Source: Phenylobacterium sp. | GTDB lineage: Bacteria > Pseudomonadota > Alphaproteobacteria > Caulobacterales > Caulobacteraceae | Assembly (NCBI RefSeq): GCF_036263695.1 | Contig: NZ_DATAGM010000424.1 | Location: forward strand, 1 to 38,964 | Direction: 5' to 3' | Length of the DNA: 38,964 bases | In this document: in pieces, positions 29,019-38,065 of the stretch | Position numbering within the stretch: position 1 is the first letter of the stretch | Layout of the letters: every line of letters starts with the position of its first letter | Notes under the pieces: model-generated | Databases searched by the model: none | What the model saw: only the letters and a program-made list of their open reading frames with translations | What the model was told of the DNA's origin: nothing | Made by a program: the position numbers and the translations under genes

Positions 29019-30104
29019 GTGCTGAACCTGATCCTGGCCGCCGCCCTGGCGCTGACCTGCGACCTCGAACGGCCGAGCGGCGAAGGCGGCTGCACGCGCG
29101 AGGCGGTGGACGCGCTGCCGATGAACGCGATCCAGGCGGTCGGCACCCACAACAGCTACAAGTTGGCGATCCCGCCAGCCGAGATGGCGATCATCAGCGC
29201 CAGCTCGCCGGGCCAGGCGCTGGCCCTGGACTACTTCCATCGGCCGCTGCCGGAGCAGCTCTCGGCCGGCGCGCGGCAGCTGGAGCTGGACCTCGTCTAC
29301 GATCCCCAGGGCGGGCTCTATGCCGATCCGCTGGGGCCGAAGATCGCCAGGGCGACGGAGCCCTACGATCTGGCGCCGCTCAGGCGGCCGGGGCTGAAGG
29401 TGATGCACGCGCCGGATGTGGATTTCCGGTCCAGCTGTCCAGTGTTCGTCCAGTGCCTCGAGCAGGTTCGCGCCTGGTCGAAGGCGCACCCCGAGCACCT
29501 CCCGATCCTCATCCTCTTGAACCTGAAGGAAGGCGGGCTGAAGCTGCCGGGGGCGGTGCAGGCGCCGGTCTTCGACGCCGCCGCGATGGACCAGATTGAC
29601 GGCGAGATCCGCTCGGTGTTCGCCGAGGCGGAGCTGATCACGCCGGACCAAGTCCAGGGACGGCATCGCACCTTGCGTGAGGCAGTTGCGGCGGGCGCCT
29701 GGCCGAGGCTCAAGGCGGCGCGCGGGCGGGTGATGTTCGCGCTGGACGCGCCGCCCGCCCAGGTCGCCCGCTACCGCGGAGAACGGCGCGTGTTGGAGCG
29801 CCGCGTGCTGTTCGTGAACATTGAAGAGACCTCGCCCGCGGCCGGCTACATCACGCTGAACGAACCGATCGAGCAGGCGGCGCGGATCGCAGCGGCGGTC
29901 AAGGCGGGGATCATCGTGCGGACCCGCGCCGACGCCGATACCGCCGAGGCCCGGCGGAACGACGCCAGCCGCCAGAGGGCCGCCTTCGCCTCAGGGGCGC
30001 AGTACATCTCCACGGACTACATGAGCCCGGATCCGCGGCTCGGCCCCTACCGCACGGAGCTTCCCGGCGGCGGCGTGGCCCGGCCGACGCCGGCGCTCAG
30101 GTAA
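29019..30104 (+). CDS. Ca2+-dependent phosphoinositide-specific phospholipase C-like protein
   Basis: GTG start after GGAGG. Motifs GTHNSY, GARQLELD, HAPD.D..S.C, HP.H.P, RTRADAD, SGAQYISTDY. Confidence 0.8.
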   Translation: MLNLILAAALALTCDLERPSGEGGCTREAVDALPMNAIQAVGTHNSYKLAIPPAEMAIISASSPGQALALDYFHRPLPEQLSAGARQLELDLVYDPQGGLYADPLGPKIARATEPYDLAPLRRPGLKVMHAPDVDFRSSCPVFVQCLEQVRAWSKAHPEHLPILILLNLKEGGLKLPGAVQAPVFDAAAMDQIDGEIRSVFAEAELITPDQVQGRHRTLREAVAAGAWPRLKAARGRVMFALDAPPAQVARYRGERRVLERRVLFVNIEETSPAAGYITLNEPIEQAARIAAAVKAGIIVRTRADADTAEARRNDASRQRAAFASGAQYISTDYMSPDPRLGPYRTELPGGGVARPTPALR

Positions 30105-30516
30105 ACAACTCCACCATCCACTCCGGCACGCGGCGGGGGCGGCGGCGCTCGACGTCCACCAGGCACCAGACGGTGCGGGCCTGGGCGCACATGGCGCCGT
30201 CGGGGCCGTCGATGCGGACGAAGCGGTCGAACCGGGGGCCATCCGCGACCTCCGCGACCCAGGTGCGGGCGGTGGCGGTCTCGCCCAGCAGCAGCTGGCG
30301 GCGGTAGTCGACCTCGTGGCGCAGCACAACCCAGGCCCAGGCGCCGCGGGCCTCATCGGTCGCGCGGCTGTCCCAATGGGCGATCGCCATCTCCTGCGCC
30401 CAGCGCAGGTAGACGACGTTGTTCACGTGGCCGGTCTCGTCGATGTCGGCCGGCGTGGGCGTGTAGGTGCGGGTGAAGACCTGCCGGCCGTGGGGCGGGT
30501 CCAGCGCCCGGCTCAC
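30097..30516 (-). CDS. Acyl-CoA thioesterase (4HBT hotdog fold)
   Basis: Motifs DIDETGHVNNVVYL.W and WVV.RHEVDY. GTG start overlaps the grxD stop (GTGA). Confidence 0.85.
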   Translation of the reverse strand: MSRALDPPHGRQVFTRTYTPTPADIDETGHVNNVVYLRWAQEMAIAHWDSRATDEARGAWAWVVLRHEVDYRRQLLLGETATARTWVAEVADGPRFDRFVRIDGPDGAMCAQARTVWCLVDVERRRPRRVPEWMVELFT

Positions 30517-30854
30517 GCGGTGATGAGGCCCTGGTCCTTGAGCGTGGTCTTCAGCTCGCCCGACTGGAACATCTCGCGGACGATGTCGGCGCCGCCAAGG
30601 AACTCGCCCTTCACATAGAGCTGCGGGATGGTCGGCCAGTCGGTGTATTCCTTGATACCCTGGCGCAGCTCCTCGTCCTGCAGCACGTCGACGCCGACGA
30701 AGTCGACGCCCAGGTGGTCGAGGATCTGCACGACCACGGCCGAGAAGCCGCAGCGGGGCTGTTCGGGGACGCCCTTCATGAACAGGACGACCTGGTTGTC
30801 CTGAACGGTCTTGGCGATGAAGTCCTTCGCGCTGGTGGCGACGGTGTCGGTCAT
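30513..30854 (-). CDS. grxD: Monothiol glutaredoxin (CGFS)
   Basis: Motifs LFMKG, PRCGFS, RQGIK.Y..WPTIPQLY, GGADI. Confidence 0.96.
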   Translation of the reverse strand: MTDTVATSAKDFIAKTVQDNQVVLFMKGVPEQPRCGFSAVVVQILDHLGVDFVGVDVLQDEELRQGIKEYTDWPTIPQLYVKGEFLGGADIVREMFQSGELKTTLKDQGLITA

Positions 30855-30937
30855 GGCGATGCGCGCCCTTTCGGCGGTGAGTTCGCCTTGAGCTAGGGAG
30901 CCGCAAGGCCGGGGTCAAGCGCAGGCGGCGTCGCGCC

Positions 30938-31822
30938 TCACGCCCGCTGGGCCTCGCGCACGCCGAAACGGGCCATCTCGATCTGGGCGACCACGCCGGT
31001 GGGCAGGTCCCGCTCGGGGACGCCGGCCAGCCGTTCGATCGCAGCCGCCGAGAGCGTGTCGATCTGCACCGTGGCGAAGGCGGGCTCGGTGAGGGCGTAG
31101 CCGAGGCAGAGCTCCTCGGCGATCCAGCCGCGGGTCTCGTGCAGGAAGTTGTACGTGCCGACGCCGGAGAGCGGGTCGCTTCGGCGGCGCAGCAGTCCGG
31201 CCGTCTTCTGCTGTTCCTGCACCGGGCGGCACAGCTCGGCGGGAATCGCGTCATAGGCGATCACCGCCATGTCGGCCTCGGCCGCGTCCTTCACCCGGCG
31301 GCGGGTGCGCCCGTCCGAGACCAGGCTGAACGGCGAGCTGAAGGCCTCGAAGCCGCCCTTGCGGATCGCCTCGTCCACCGCCGCGCCCTCGCCGCGAACG
31401 CCGGCCTGGCGCACCAGCCCGGCGCTTTTCAGGTCGCCCAGCAGCGCCTCGGCGTCCGCCGTCAGCGTCTGGACGGCCGGCTCATCGAGCATGACGAGAT
31501 CAAAATAGGCCGCGGAGGTCAGCGAGAGGCCGTCGCGGATCGCCCGGCCAAGGGCGGCGGCGTCCATCGGGCGGGCCGGATCGCCGCAGATGCGCCAAGT
31601 CAGGAACAGAAGGCCGCGGTCGACCGCCTGCAGGGCCTCGTTGACGCCCCGGGCCAGCGTCTCGGAGCCGGCGATCAGCTCGAAGGTGTTGATCCCGCAC
31701 TCCATCGCCCCGAACAGCACGCTGCGCCAGGCCTGCGGCGTCGGCGCGGCCCTGGTCTCGGTGAGGACCAGGCTGACGGCCGAGACCGCCTTTCCGGTGG
31801 CGCCGAAGGGGCGGTAGCGCAT
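30938..31822 (-). CDS. kidO: Degenerate aldo-keto-reductase-fold protein, probable KidO orthologue
   Basis: The AKR scaffold is recognisable (MRYRPFG.TG..VS, G.N.F, YFDL, L...G.VR..GV, L.YAL..P) but the catalytic D/Y/K/H are replaced. It resembles Caulobacter KidO as I recall it (not verified). Confidence 0.6.
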   Translation of the reverse strand: MRYRPFGATGKAVSAVSLVLTETRAAPTPQAWRSVLFGAMECGINTFELIAGSETLARGVNEALQAVDRGLLFLTWRICGDPARPMDAAALGRAIRDGLSLTSAAYFDLVMLDEPAVQTLTADAEALLGDLKSAGLVRQAGVRGEGAAVDEAIRKGGFEAFSSPFSLVSDGRTRRRVKDAAEADMAVIAYDAIPAELCRPVQEQQKTAGLLRRRSDPLSGVGTYNFLHETRGWIAEELCLGYALTEPAFATVQIDTLSAAAIERLAGVPERDLPTGVVAQIEMARFGVREAQRA

Positions 31823-31823
31823 G

Positions 31824-32057
31824 TCAGGTCGGGGCCGCCGTCTCGAGGGCGAGCGCGTGCAATTCTCCGCCCATCCGGCCCTTCAGCGCCGCGTAGACCA
31901 TCTGGTGCTGCTTCACCTTGGGCAGCCCCGCGAAAGCCGGCGAGACGATGCGTGCGCGATAGTGGTCGCCGTCGCCGGCCAGGTCGGTGACCTGGATGTC
32001 GGCGTCGGGGAAGGCCTCGCGGAGGCAGCTCTGAAGTTCACTCATGGGCATCGGCAT
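31824..32057 (-). CDS. bolA: BolA family protein
   Basis: Motifs DLAGDGDHY, S.AF.G...VKQHQMVY.AL, ELHALAL.T. Start at 32057 or 32051. Confidence 0.93.
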   Translation of the reverse strand: MPMPMSELQSCLREAFPDADIQVTDLAGDGDHYRARIVSPAFAGLPKVKQHQMVYAALKGRMGGELHALALETAAPT

Positions 32058-32100
32058 CGGCGACGCGCTCCATACGAAGGCCAGTGTTGCGGCCGGAGAG

Positions 32101-32119
32101 TTAACAATCGCCTCACCAT
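32101..32119. promoter_or_regulatory. Candidate CtrA box upstream of bolA / kidO-like gene
   Basis: TTAACAAT-cgc-CTCACCAT: two TTAACCAT-like half-sites (7/8 and 6/8) at 11-bp spacing, 44 bp upstream of bolA. Confidence 0.45.
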
Positions 32120-32134
32120 GTGGCCAGGAGGCAG

Positions 32135-32236
32135 AGACCTCTCCCCGCCTAGCGGGGAGAGGATAGGGTGGGGGGGCGGAGCGCAGTGCAGCCGACTGAA
32201 CACGGTTGCTCCCTCCGCGGGCGGAGGGAGAGGTCT
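32135..32236. repeat. CIR-like palindromic element (second copy, shorter)
   Basis: Perfect 11-bp terminal IR AGACCTCTCCC / GGGAGAGGTCT. Terminal hairpins CCTCTCCCCGC-cta-GCGGGGAGAGG and CTCCCTCCGC-gg-GCGGAGGGAG. The 5' arm resembles the 13083 element. Confidence 0.68.
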
Positions 32237-32240
32237 AGGA

Positions 32241-33479
32241 TCAATCCACGATCGAGGCGTAGATGATGCTCTTCAGCTGGCCGCGGAAGTTGAAGGCGCC
32301 GGAGGGCATCAGCTGGGTCATGAACACCACGGAGAGCTCCTCCTTCGGGTCGACCCAGAAAATGGTCGAGGCCGCGCCGCCCCAATAGTAATCGCCGGCC
32401 GCGATCGAGCCGGCCTGCACCGGATCGAGGGTGGAGGCGAAGCCCAGGCCGAAGCCGACGCCCTCGTTGGCCGTCTCGGAGAAGGAGCCGATGGCCATTT
32501 CCGTCAGGTCCTTGCCGTCCTTCAGGTGGTTGCGGTGCATCAGCTCGACGGTGCGGGGCCCGAGGATCCGCGCCCCGTCCAGCTCGCCGCCCCGCCGCAG
32601 CATCTCGCAGAACCGCATGTAGTCCGCGCTGGTGCCAGTCAGGCCGCCGCCGCCGGAGAAGAACACCGGCTCCTTCAGGTAGTCTGAAGCGGTTGGGTCA
32701 TCGATCAGCTTCAGGCTCTTGTCCGCCGCGCGCCGGTAGCAGGCGGCGAAGCGGTCGGCCTTGTCCGGCGTCACGTGGAAGGCCGTGTCGACCATGCCCA
32801 GCGGGCCGAAAATGTTCTCCTGCAGGTATTTGTCGAACCGCTGGCCGGAGATGATCTCCACCAGGGCCCCGCAGACGTCGGTGGAGAGCGAATACATCCA
32901 CCGCTCGCCCGGCTGGTAGCGCAGCGGCACCTCGCCCAGCTTCCTGACAAAATCCCGCAGCGTCTCGTCACGTCCGCGGCGCACGCCCTTCTCCGCGTAG
33001 GTCTTGTCGACGGGATGGCCGGAGTCGGCCGCACCCAGCGCCACCAGCGCCGAGCCGTAGGTGATGCCGCCGGTGTGGCAGAGCATGTCGCGCATGGAGA
33101 CGGGCCGCTTCGGCGCCTCGGTCTTCATGTCGGCGCCGTCGCCGCTGACCCACACCTGGTGGTTCTTCCACTCCGGGATGAAGCGGCTCACCGGGTCGTT
33201 CAGCTGGAAGTAGCCCTTCTCGTAGAGCTGCATCAGCGCGACCGAGGTGATCGGCTTCGACATCGAGTAGATGCGGAAGATGGTGTCGTCCGCCATCGGT
33301 CGGGACCGCTCCCGGTCCATGTTTCCGAAGGACTTGAAGTAGGCCTGGTGGCCGCGCCGGTTGATGGCGATCTGGCAGCCGGCGATCTTGCCCGGCGCGA
33401 TGTAGTTGCGCTCGATGTGCTCGTCGATCCGCGTCAGGCGGGACGAGTCCAGGCCGGTCCACTGCGACTGGGCGTCCAT
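32241..33479 (-). CDS. Serine hydrolase, beta-lactamase-related (family VIII esterase-like), no signal peptide
   Basis: FRIYSMSK (SxxK), PG.RW.YS (catalytic Tyr), SGGGGL, WGGA. GGAGG RBS. Confidence 0.9.
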   Translation of the reverse strand: MDAQSQWTGLDSSRLTRIDEHIERNYIAPGKIAGCQIAINRRGHQAYFKSFGNMDRERSRPMADDTIFRIYSMSKPITSVALMQLYEKGYFQLNDPVSRFIPEWKNHQVWVSGDGADMKTEAPKRPVSMRDMLCHTGGITYGSALVALGAADSGHPVDKTYAEKGVRRGRDETLRDFVRKLGEVPLRYQPGERWMYSLSTDVCGALVEIISGQRFDKYLQENIFGPLGMVDTAFHVTPDKADRFAACYRRAADKSLKLIDDPTASDYLKEPVFFSGGGGLTGTSADYMRFCEMLRRGGELDGARILGPRTVELMHRNHLKDGKDLTEMAIGSFSETANEGVGFGLGFASTLDPVQAGSIAAGDYYWGGAASTIFWVDPKEELSVVFMTQLMPSGAFNFRGQLKSIIYASIVD

Positions 33480-33564
33480 CAAAATCCTCCGGAAGAATAG
33501 GCTTGGTTGTTATTGGCCGGCATCATGGGCCGGGACAGGGCGCAAAGCCAAGCGAGGAGAGACG

Positions 33565-34050
33565 ATGGACGAGCTGAAGGGGCTGGCCGAAGAGGTCGGC
33601 GCGCGGCTGAAGGCGGCGAAGCAGACGGTGGCCGTGGCCGAGAGCTCGTCCGGTGGGCTGATCTCGGCGGCCCTGCTCGCCGTGCCCGGGGCGTCGGCCT
33701 ATTACGTGGCGGGGGCGGTGGTCTACACCGGCAAGGCGCGGATGCAGCTGCTCGACCTGCCGCGTGAGGCGGTGGCGGGGATGCGCTCGGCCTCCGAGCC
33801 CTACGCCCTGCTGCTGGCGAGGACCGCCCGCGAGCGCCACAACACCACCTGGGGAATCTCCGAAACGGGCGCCGCCGGCCCCACCGGCAACGGCTATGGC
33901 GACGCCGCGGGCCACACCTGCATCGCCATCTCCGGCCCGGTGGAGATGGCCCTCACCATCGAGACCGGCGAAGACGACCGCTGGGCCAACATGCAGGCCT
34001 TCGCCGCGGCGGCGCTGGAGCTGCTGAAGCGCGGGCTCGAGCAGGACTAG
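33565..34050 (+). CDS. CinA/PncC-family protein (divergent)
   Basis: Motifs VAVAESSSGGLI, VPGAS, SETGAAGP.G. GAGGAG RBS. Confidence 0.85.
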   Translation: MDELKGLAEEVGARLKAAKQTVAVAESSSGGLISAALLAVPGASAYYVAGAVVYTGKARMQLLDLPREAVAGMRSASEPYALLLARTARERHNTTWGISETGAAGPTGNGYGDAAGHTCIAISGPVEMALTIETGEDDRWANMQAFAAAALELLKRGLEQD

Positions 34051-34436
34051 CTAGCCAGCTCGCCGCGAACCGTGGCGACGAGGTGCTCGGCATTGTACGG
34101 CTTTCGCAGGTAGGCGCGGTGCGGGACGGCTTGCGCGCGGTCGCGCGTGGCCGGATCGGTCTGAGCGGTCAGAAAAACGATCTCGACCCCGTGTTCGGCA
34201 TGAAGCTCGGCCGCCAGGGCGACGCCGTCCTCGCCCGCCCGCAGTTGGATATCAACGAGGGCCAAGGTGGGGCGGCGCTCGGCCGCTAGACTGAGAGCTT
34301 CGGCCCGGTGTGTGGCCCACCCGACGACTTCGACGCCGGCATCCTCCAAGTCCATCTCGATTCCGGTGGCGACCAGCGCCTCGTCCTCGACGATAAGGAC
34401 GCTCAGCCGCACATCTTTCCCATCCGTCGGTTGCAT
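34047..34436 (-). CDS. Single-domain response regulator (PhyR-receiver-like)
   Basis: Motifs VLIVEDE, LVDIQL (phospho-Asp), IVFLTA, YLRKPY. No output domain. Confidence 0.88.
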   Translation of the reverse strand: MQPTDGKDVRLSVLIVEDEALVATGIEMDLEDAGVEVVGWATHRAEALSLAAERRPTLALVDIQLRAGEDGVALAAELHAEHGVEIVFLTAQTDPATRDRAQAVPHRAYLRKPYNAEHLVATVRGELAS

Positions 34437-34483
34437 CCTGATGTATGCTGCCTTCACTACGTCGGCCCGCAGGAGCGTCCCCA

Positions 34484-35761
34484 GTGAACCCGCATCATAC
34501 TCCGAGCGGCATCGAGGCCGTCGGGTCCGTTCCCTGGGGTTCGCACTTCTGCCAACTCTATGACAATGCGCAAGACATGGCCGATATCCTCGCGCCCTAT
34601 TTCCGGGCGGGCCTCGAGCGCAACGAGCTCTGCCACTGGGTGACATCGGAGCAGTTCGGTCCGGAAGACGCCAAGTCGGCCCTGCGCGCCATCTACCCGA
34701 ACCTCGATGCAGCCCTGTCGAAGGGCCAGATCACTATCATGGACCGGCGCGACTGGTATTCCCGCGGCGGCAGTTTCCGTCCGGAGGAGGTGATCGCCGG
34801 CTGGCTCGGGCATGAAGAACGCGCCCGATCGGACGGTTACTCGGGCTATCGCCTCACCGGCGACACGCTGTGGCTCGAGGCGCACGACTGGGACGCTTTC
34901 ACAGAATACGAAACCATGGTCACCGAGGCGTTCCGGCCTCGCCGAATGGTCGCGCTGTGCACCTACTGCATGGGCCGATGCGGGGCGGCGGAAGTCCTGG
35001 ATGTCGTCAAGAACCACGCCTTTGCGGTGGCGCGGCGGCGGGGGGTTTGGGAAGTGGTGGAGAGCGCCTCCACCAAGCAGGCCAAATCCGAACTCGCCCT
35101 ATTGAACGCGACGCTTGCCAGCAAGATCGAAGCCGCCACTTCAGAGTTGCGCACACTTGTCCGGCAGAAGGACGATCTGCTCCGGGAGGTGCATCACAGG
35201 GTCAAGAACAACCTTCAGATTGTGTCCAACCTGCTGGCCATGAAGGGCCGACGCGCCGACGACGGGGCGCGCCGTGTGCTGACCGAAACCGCCGACCGGG
35301 TGTTTGCGATCAGCTCGGTCCACGAGGCCCTCTACGAGCAGGTGGACGGCCGCGGCCTCCTGGTGACCGACCGCCTGGGCGTGATCGCCGAGGCGCTGGC
35401 CACTTCCTACGGCCTGGAGGATCGGGTCTCGGTCATCGTGCGCGGCGACGACGTTCGCGTCTCGCTGAACGCGGGCGTTCCGCTGGCGCTGCTGGCGACT
35501 GAGCTGACGTCTAACGCCCTGAAGCACGCCTTCCCCGAGGGACGCGCCGGGCAGGTCGAGATCGTGGTCACGGCGCTGGCGGCAGGGCGGTTCTCGCTCA
35601 CCGTCGCCGATGACGGCGTCGGCTGGGCCCCGGCGGCGGCCAAACGGGGTTCCGGCCTCGGGATCGCCATGGCCCTCGCCAAGCAGTTGGACGGCGAGCT
35701 GGTCATCGAACTGCGGCCAGAGGGCGGTACTCAGGCGCGCCTTGAGGCGGCCGTCCAGTAG
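34484..35761 (+). CDS. Soluble sensor kinase: MEDS domain + HisKA_2 + HATPase
   Basis: N-terminal SGIEAVGSVPWGSHFCQLY...YFRAGLERNE.C.W...RLTGD...YE...LCTY...H (MEDS). Kinase motifs LLREVHHRVKNNLQ, ELTSNALKHAF, VADDGVG, GSGL. GTG start 8 nt after AGGAG. Confidence 0.85.
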   Translation: MNPHHTPSGIEAVGSVPWGSHFCQLYDNAQDMADILAPYFRAGLERNELCHWVTSEQFGPEDAKSALRAIYPNLDAALSKGQITIMDRRDWYSRGGSFRPEEVIAGWLGHEERARSDGYSGYRLTGDTLWLEAHDWDAFTEYETMVTEAFRPRRMVALCTYCMGRCGAAEVLDVVKNHAFAVARRRGVWEVVESASTKQAKSELALLNATLASKIEAATSELRTLVRQKDDLLREVHHRVKNNLQIVSNLLAMKGRRADDGARRVLTETADRVFAISSVHEALYEQVDGRGLLVTDRLGVIAEALATSYGLEDRVSVIVRGDDVRVSLNAGVPLALLATELTSNALKHAFPEGRAGQVEIVVTALAAGRFSLTVADDGVGWAPAAAKRGSGLGIAMALAKQLDGELVIELRPEGGTQARLEAAVQ

Positions 35762-35801
35762 CGGCGGCCGCCGCGGCCTTTCTTTAGCGAAGTCTCATGC
35801 C

Positions 35802-38012
35802 TCAGACCGCTGTGACCGGCGCGTCCATGTAGGCGGGCATCCAGCCTTCGTGCGCGGTGCGCAGGTCATCAAGCGCAACCTCGAACAGGCCTTCGGCGGC
35901 GAGGGCGTCGCCTTCGGCGCGGCCGACGATCGCCGCGGGGACGCCGGCGGCGCTCGCGGCGGCGATCAGGGCGTCGGCGTCCGCGGTGGCGATGAGGTAG
36001 CGGGCCTGGTCCTCGCCGAAGAGGGCGCCGTGGGCCGCCTCGGCGGGCGCGGTCAGGCGCACGCCGACGCCGGCGGCCAGGGCCAGCTCGGCGGCGGCCA
36101 AGGCTAGGCCGCCGTCGGAGAGGTCGTGGACGACGCCGATGCGCTGGGCCTGGATCTCAGCCCGGACGAAGTCGCCGTCGCGGCGCTCGGCGGCCAGGTC
36201 GACGGGCGGCGGGGCGCCATCCTCGCGGCCGTGCACCTCGCGTAGATAGAGGCTGGCGCCCAGCTCGCCGCGGGTCTCGCCGATCAGCACCAGCGAGTCG
36301 CCCGGCTTCAGGCCCGCGAAATCGGCCCGGCGGGCGTAGTCGGCGATCAGGCCGACGCCCCCGACGGTGGGGGTCGGCGGAATGGCGACGCCGTTGGTCT
36401 CGTTGTAGAGGCTGACGTTGCCGCTCACGACGGGGAAGTCGAGGGCCGCGCAGGCCTCCGCCATCCCATCGGTGGCGCGGACGATCTGGCCCATGATCTC
36501 GGGCCGCTCGGGATTACCGAAGTTCAGGTTGTCGGTGATGGCGATGGGCACAGCCCCCACTGCCGTCAAGTTACGCCAGGCCTCGGCGACCGCCTGCTTG
36601 CCGCCCTCGAACGGGTCGTTCTGCACGTAGCGGGGGGTCACATCGGAGGTGACGGCCAGCGCCTTGCGGGTCCCGTGCACGCGCACGATCCCGGCGTCGG
36701 CGGCGGTGCCGGAGTCCTCCAGCGTGTCGGCCATCACGTGGCGGTCGTACTGCTCCCAGATCCACCGCTTGGAGGCCTGGTCCGGGCAGCCAATCATCTT
36801 CAGCAGCGCCTCGCGCCAATCGGCCGGGGCGGGGACTTCGGTGGGCCCGAGCCGCGGGTGCTTCTTGGGCTCGGTCCAGGGCCGGTCGTACAGCGGGGCG
36901 TCTTCCGACAGCGGCGCCAGCGGCACGTCGCAGACCACCTCGCCCTTGTGCTTGAGCACGATGTTGCCGGTGTCGGTGGTCCAGCCGATGGTGGCCGCGT
37001 CCAGGCCCCACTTCTCGAAGATCCGCCGCCCGTCCTCTTCCCGGCCGGGCTTTAGGATGGCCAGCATCCGCTCCTGGCTCTCCGACAGCATCATCTCGTA
37101 GGCGCTCATGCCCTCCTCGCGCTGGGGCACGGCGTCCAGGTCGAGCTCGATGCCGACGCTGCCCTTGCCGGCCATTTCGACGGAGGAGGAGGTGAGGCCC
37201 GCGGCCCCCATGTCCTGGATGGCGGCCACGGCGCCGGAGGCCATCAGCTCCAGGGTCGCCTCGATCAGCAGCTTCTCGGCGAACGGGTCGCCCACCTGCA
37301 CGGTCGGGCGCTTCTCCTCCGAGGCCTCGTCGAACTCGGCGCTGGCCATGGTCGCGCCATGGATGCCGTCGCGGCCGGTCTTGGAGCCGAAGTAGACCAC
37401 CGGCAGGCCCGCCGCCGGGGCCGCCGAGTAGAAGATCTTGTCCGCGTCGGCCAGCCCCACGCACATGGCGTTGACCAGGATGTTGCCGTCGTACCCGCGG
37501 TGGAAGTTGGTCTCGCCGGCCACCGTCGGCACGCCCACGCAGTTGCCGTAGCCGCCGATGCCGGCCACGACGCCGGACACCAGCCGCCGGGTCTTCGGGT
37601 GCGAGGGATCGCCGAACCGAAGGGCGTTCAGCAGCGCCACCGGCCGTGCGCCCATGGTGAAGACGTCGCGCATGATGCCCCCCACACCGGTCGCCGCGCC
37701 CTGGTAGGGTTCGATGAAGCTCGGGTGGTTGTGGCTCTCCATCTTGAACACGCAGGCCTGGCCGTCGCCGATGTCCACGACGCCGGCGTTCTCGCCCGGC
37801 CCCTGGATCACCCGCGGGCCCTTGGTCGGGAACTTGCCGAGGTGCTTGCGGGAGGACTTGTAGGAGCAGTGCTCGGACCACATCACCGAGAAGACCCCGA
37901 GCTCGACCAGGTTCGGCTCGCGGTTCAACCGCTTGACGATCAGGTCGTATTCCTCGGGCTTCAGGCCGAACTCGACGGCCGTTTCGGCCATGGGCTTGGT
38001 GGGCGCGTTCAT
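35802..38012 (-). CDS. purL: Phosphoribosylformylglycinamidine synthase subunit PurL (small form)
   Basis: Motifs [65 protein letters not shown]. Confidence 0.98.
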   Translation of the reverse strand: MNAPTKPMAETAVEFGLKPEEYDLIVKRLNREPNLVELGVFSVMWSEHCSYKSSRKHLGKFPTKGPRVIQGPGENAGVVDIGDGQACVFKMESHNHPSFIEPYQGAATGVGGIMRDVFTMGARPVALLNALRFGDPSHPKTRRLVSGVVAGIGGYGNCVGVPTVAGETNFHRGYDGNILVNAMCVGLADADKIFYSAAPAAGLPVVYFGSKTGRDGIHGATMASAEFDEASEEKRPTVQVGDPFAEKLLIEATLELMASGAVAAIQDMGAAGLTSSSVEMAGKGSVGIELDLDAVPQREEGMSAYEMMLSESQERMLAILKPGREEDGRRIFEKWGLDAATIGWTTDTGNIVLKHKGEVVCDVPLAPLSEDAPLYDRPWTEPKKHPRLGPTEVPAPADWREALLKMIGCPDQASKRWIWEQYDRHVMADTLEDSGTAADAGIVRVHGTRKALAVTSDVTPRYVQNDPFEGGKQAVAEAWRNLTAVGAVPIAITDNLNFGNPERPEIMGQIVRATDGMAEACAALDFPVVSGNVSLYNETNGVAIPPTPTVGGVGLIADYARRADFAGLKPGDSLVLIGETRGELGASLYLREVHGREDGAPPPVDLAAERRDGDFVRAEIQAQRIGVVHDLSDGGLALAAAELALAAGVGVRLTAPAEAAHGALFGEDQARYLIATADADALIAAASAAGVPAAIVGRAEGDALAAEGLFEVALDDLRTAHEGWMPAYMDAPVTAV

Positions 38013-38065
38013 GGGCGGGCTTCTAGCGGGTTCCGCCGCGCGCGGGGAGGGGGCGAAAGCGCCTC

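Noticed and set aside
30097-31254. 385-aa ORF suggesting an extended thioesterase or a frameshift fusion
   Set aside because: The hotdog domain starts at GTG 30516 overlapping the grxD stop. The upstream part is an off-frame read of grxD and the AKR-like gene.
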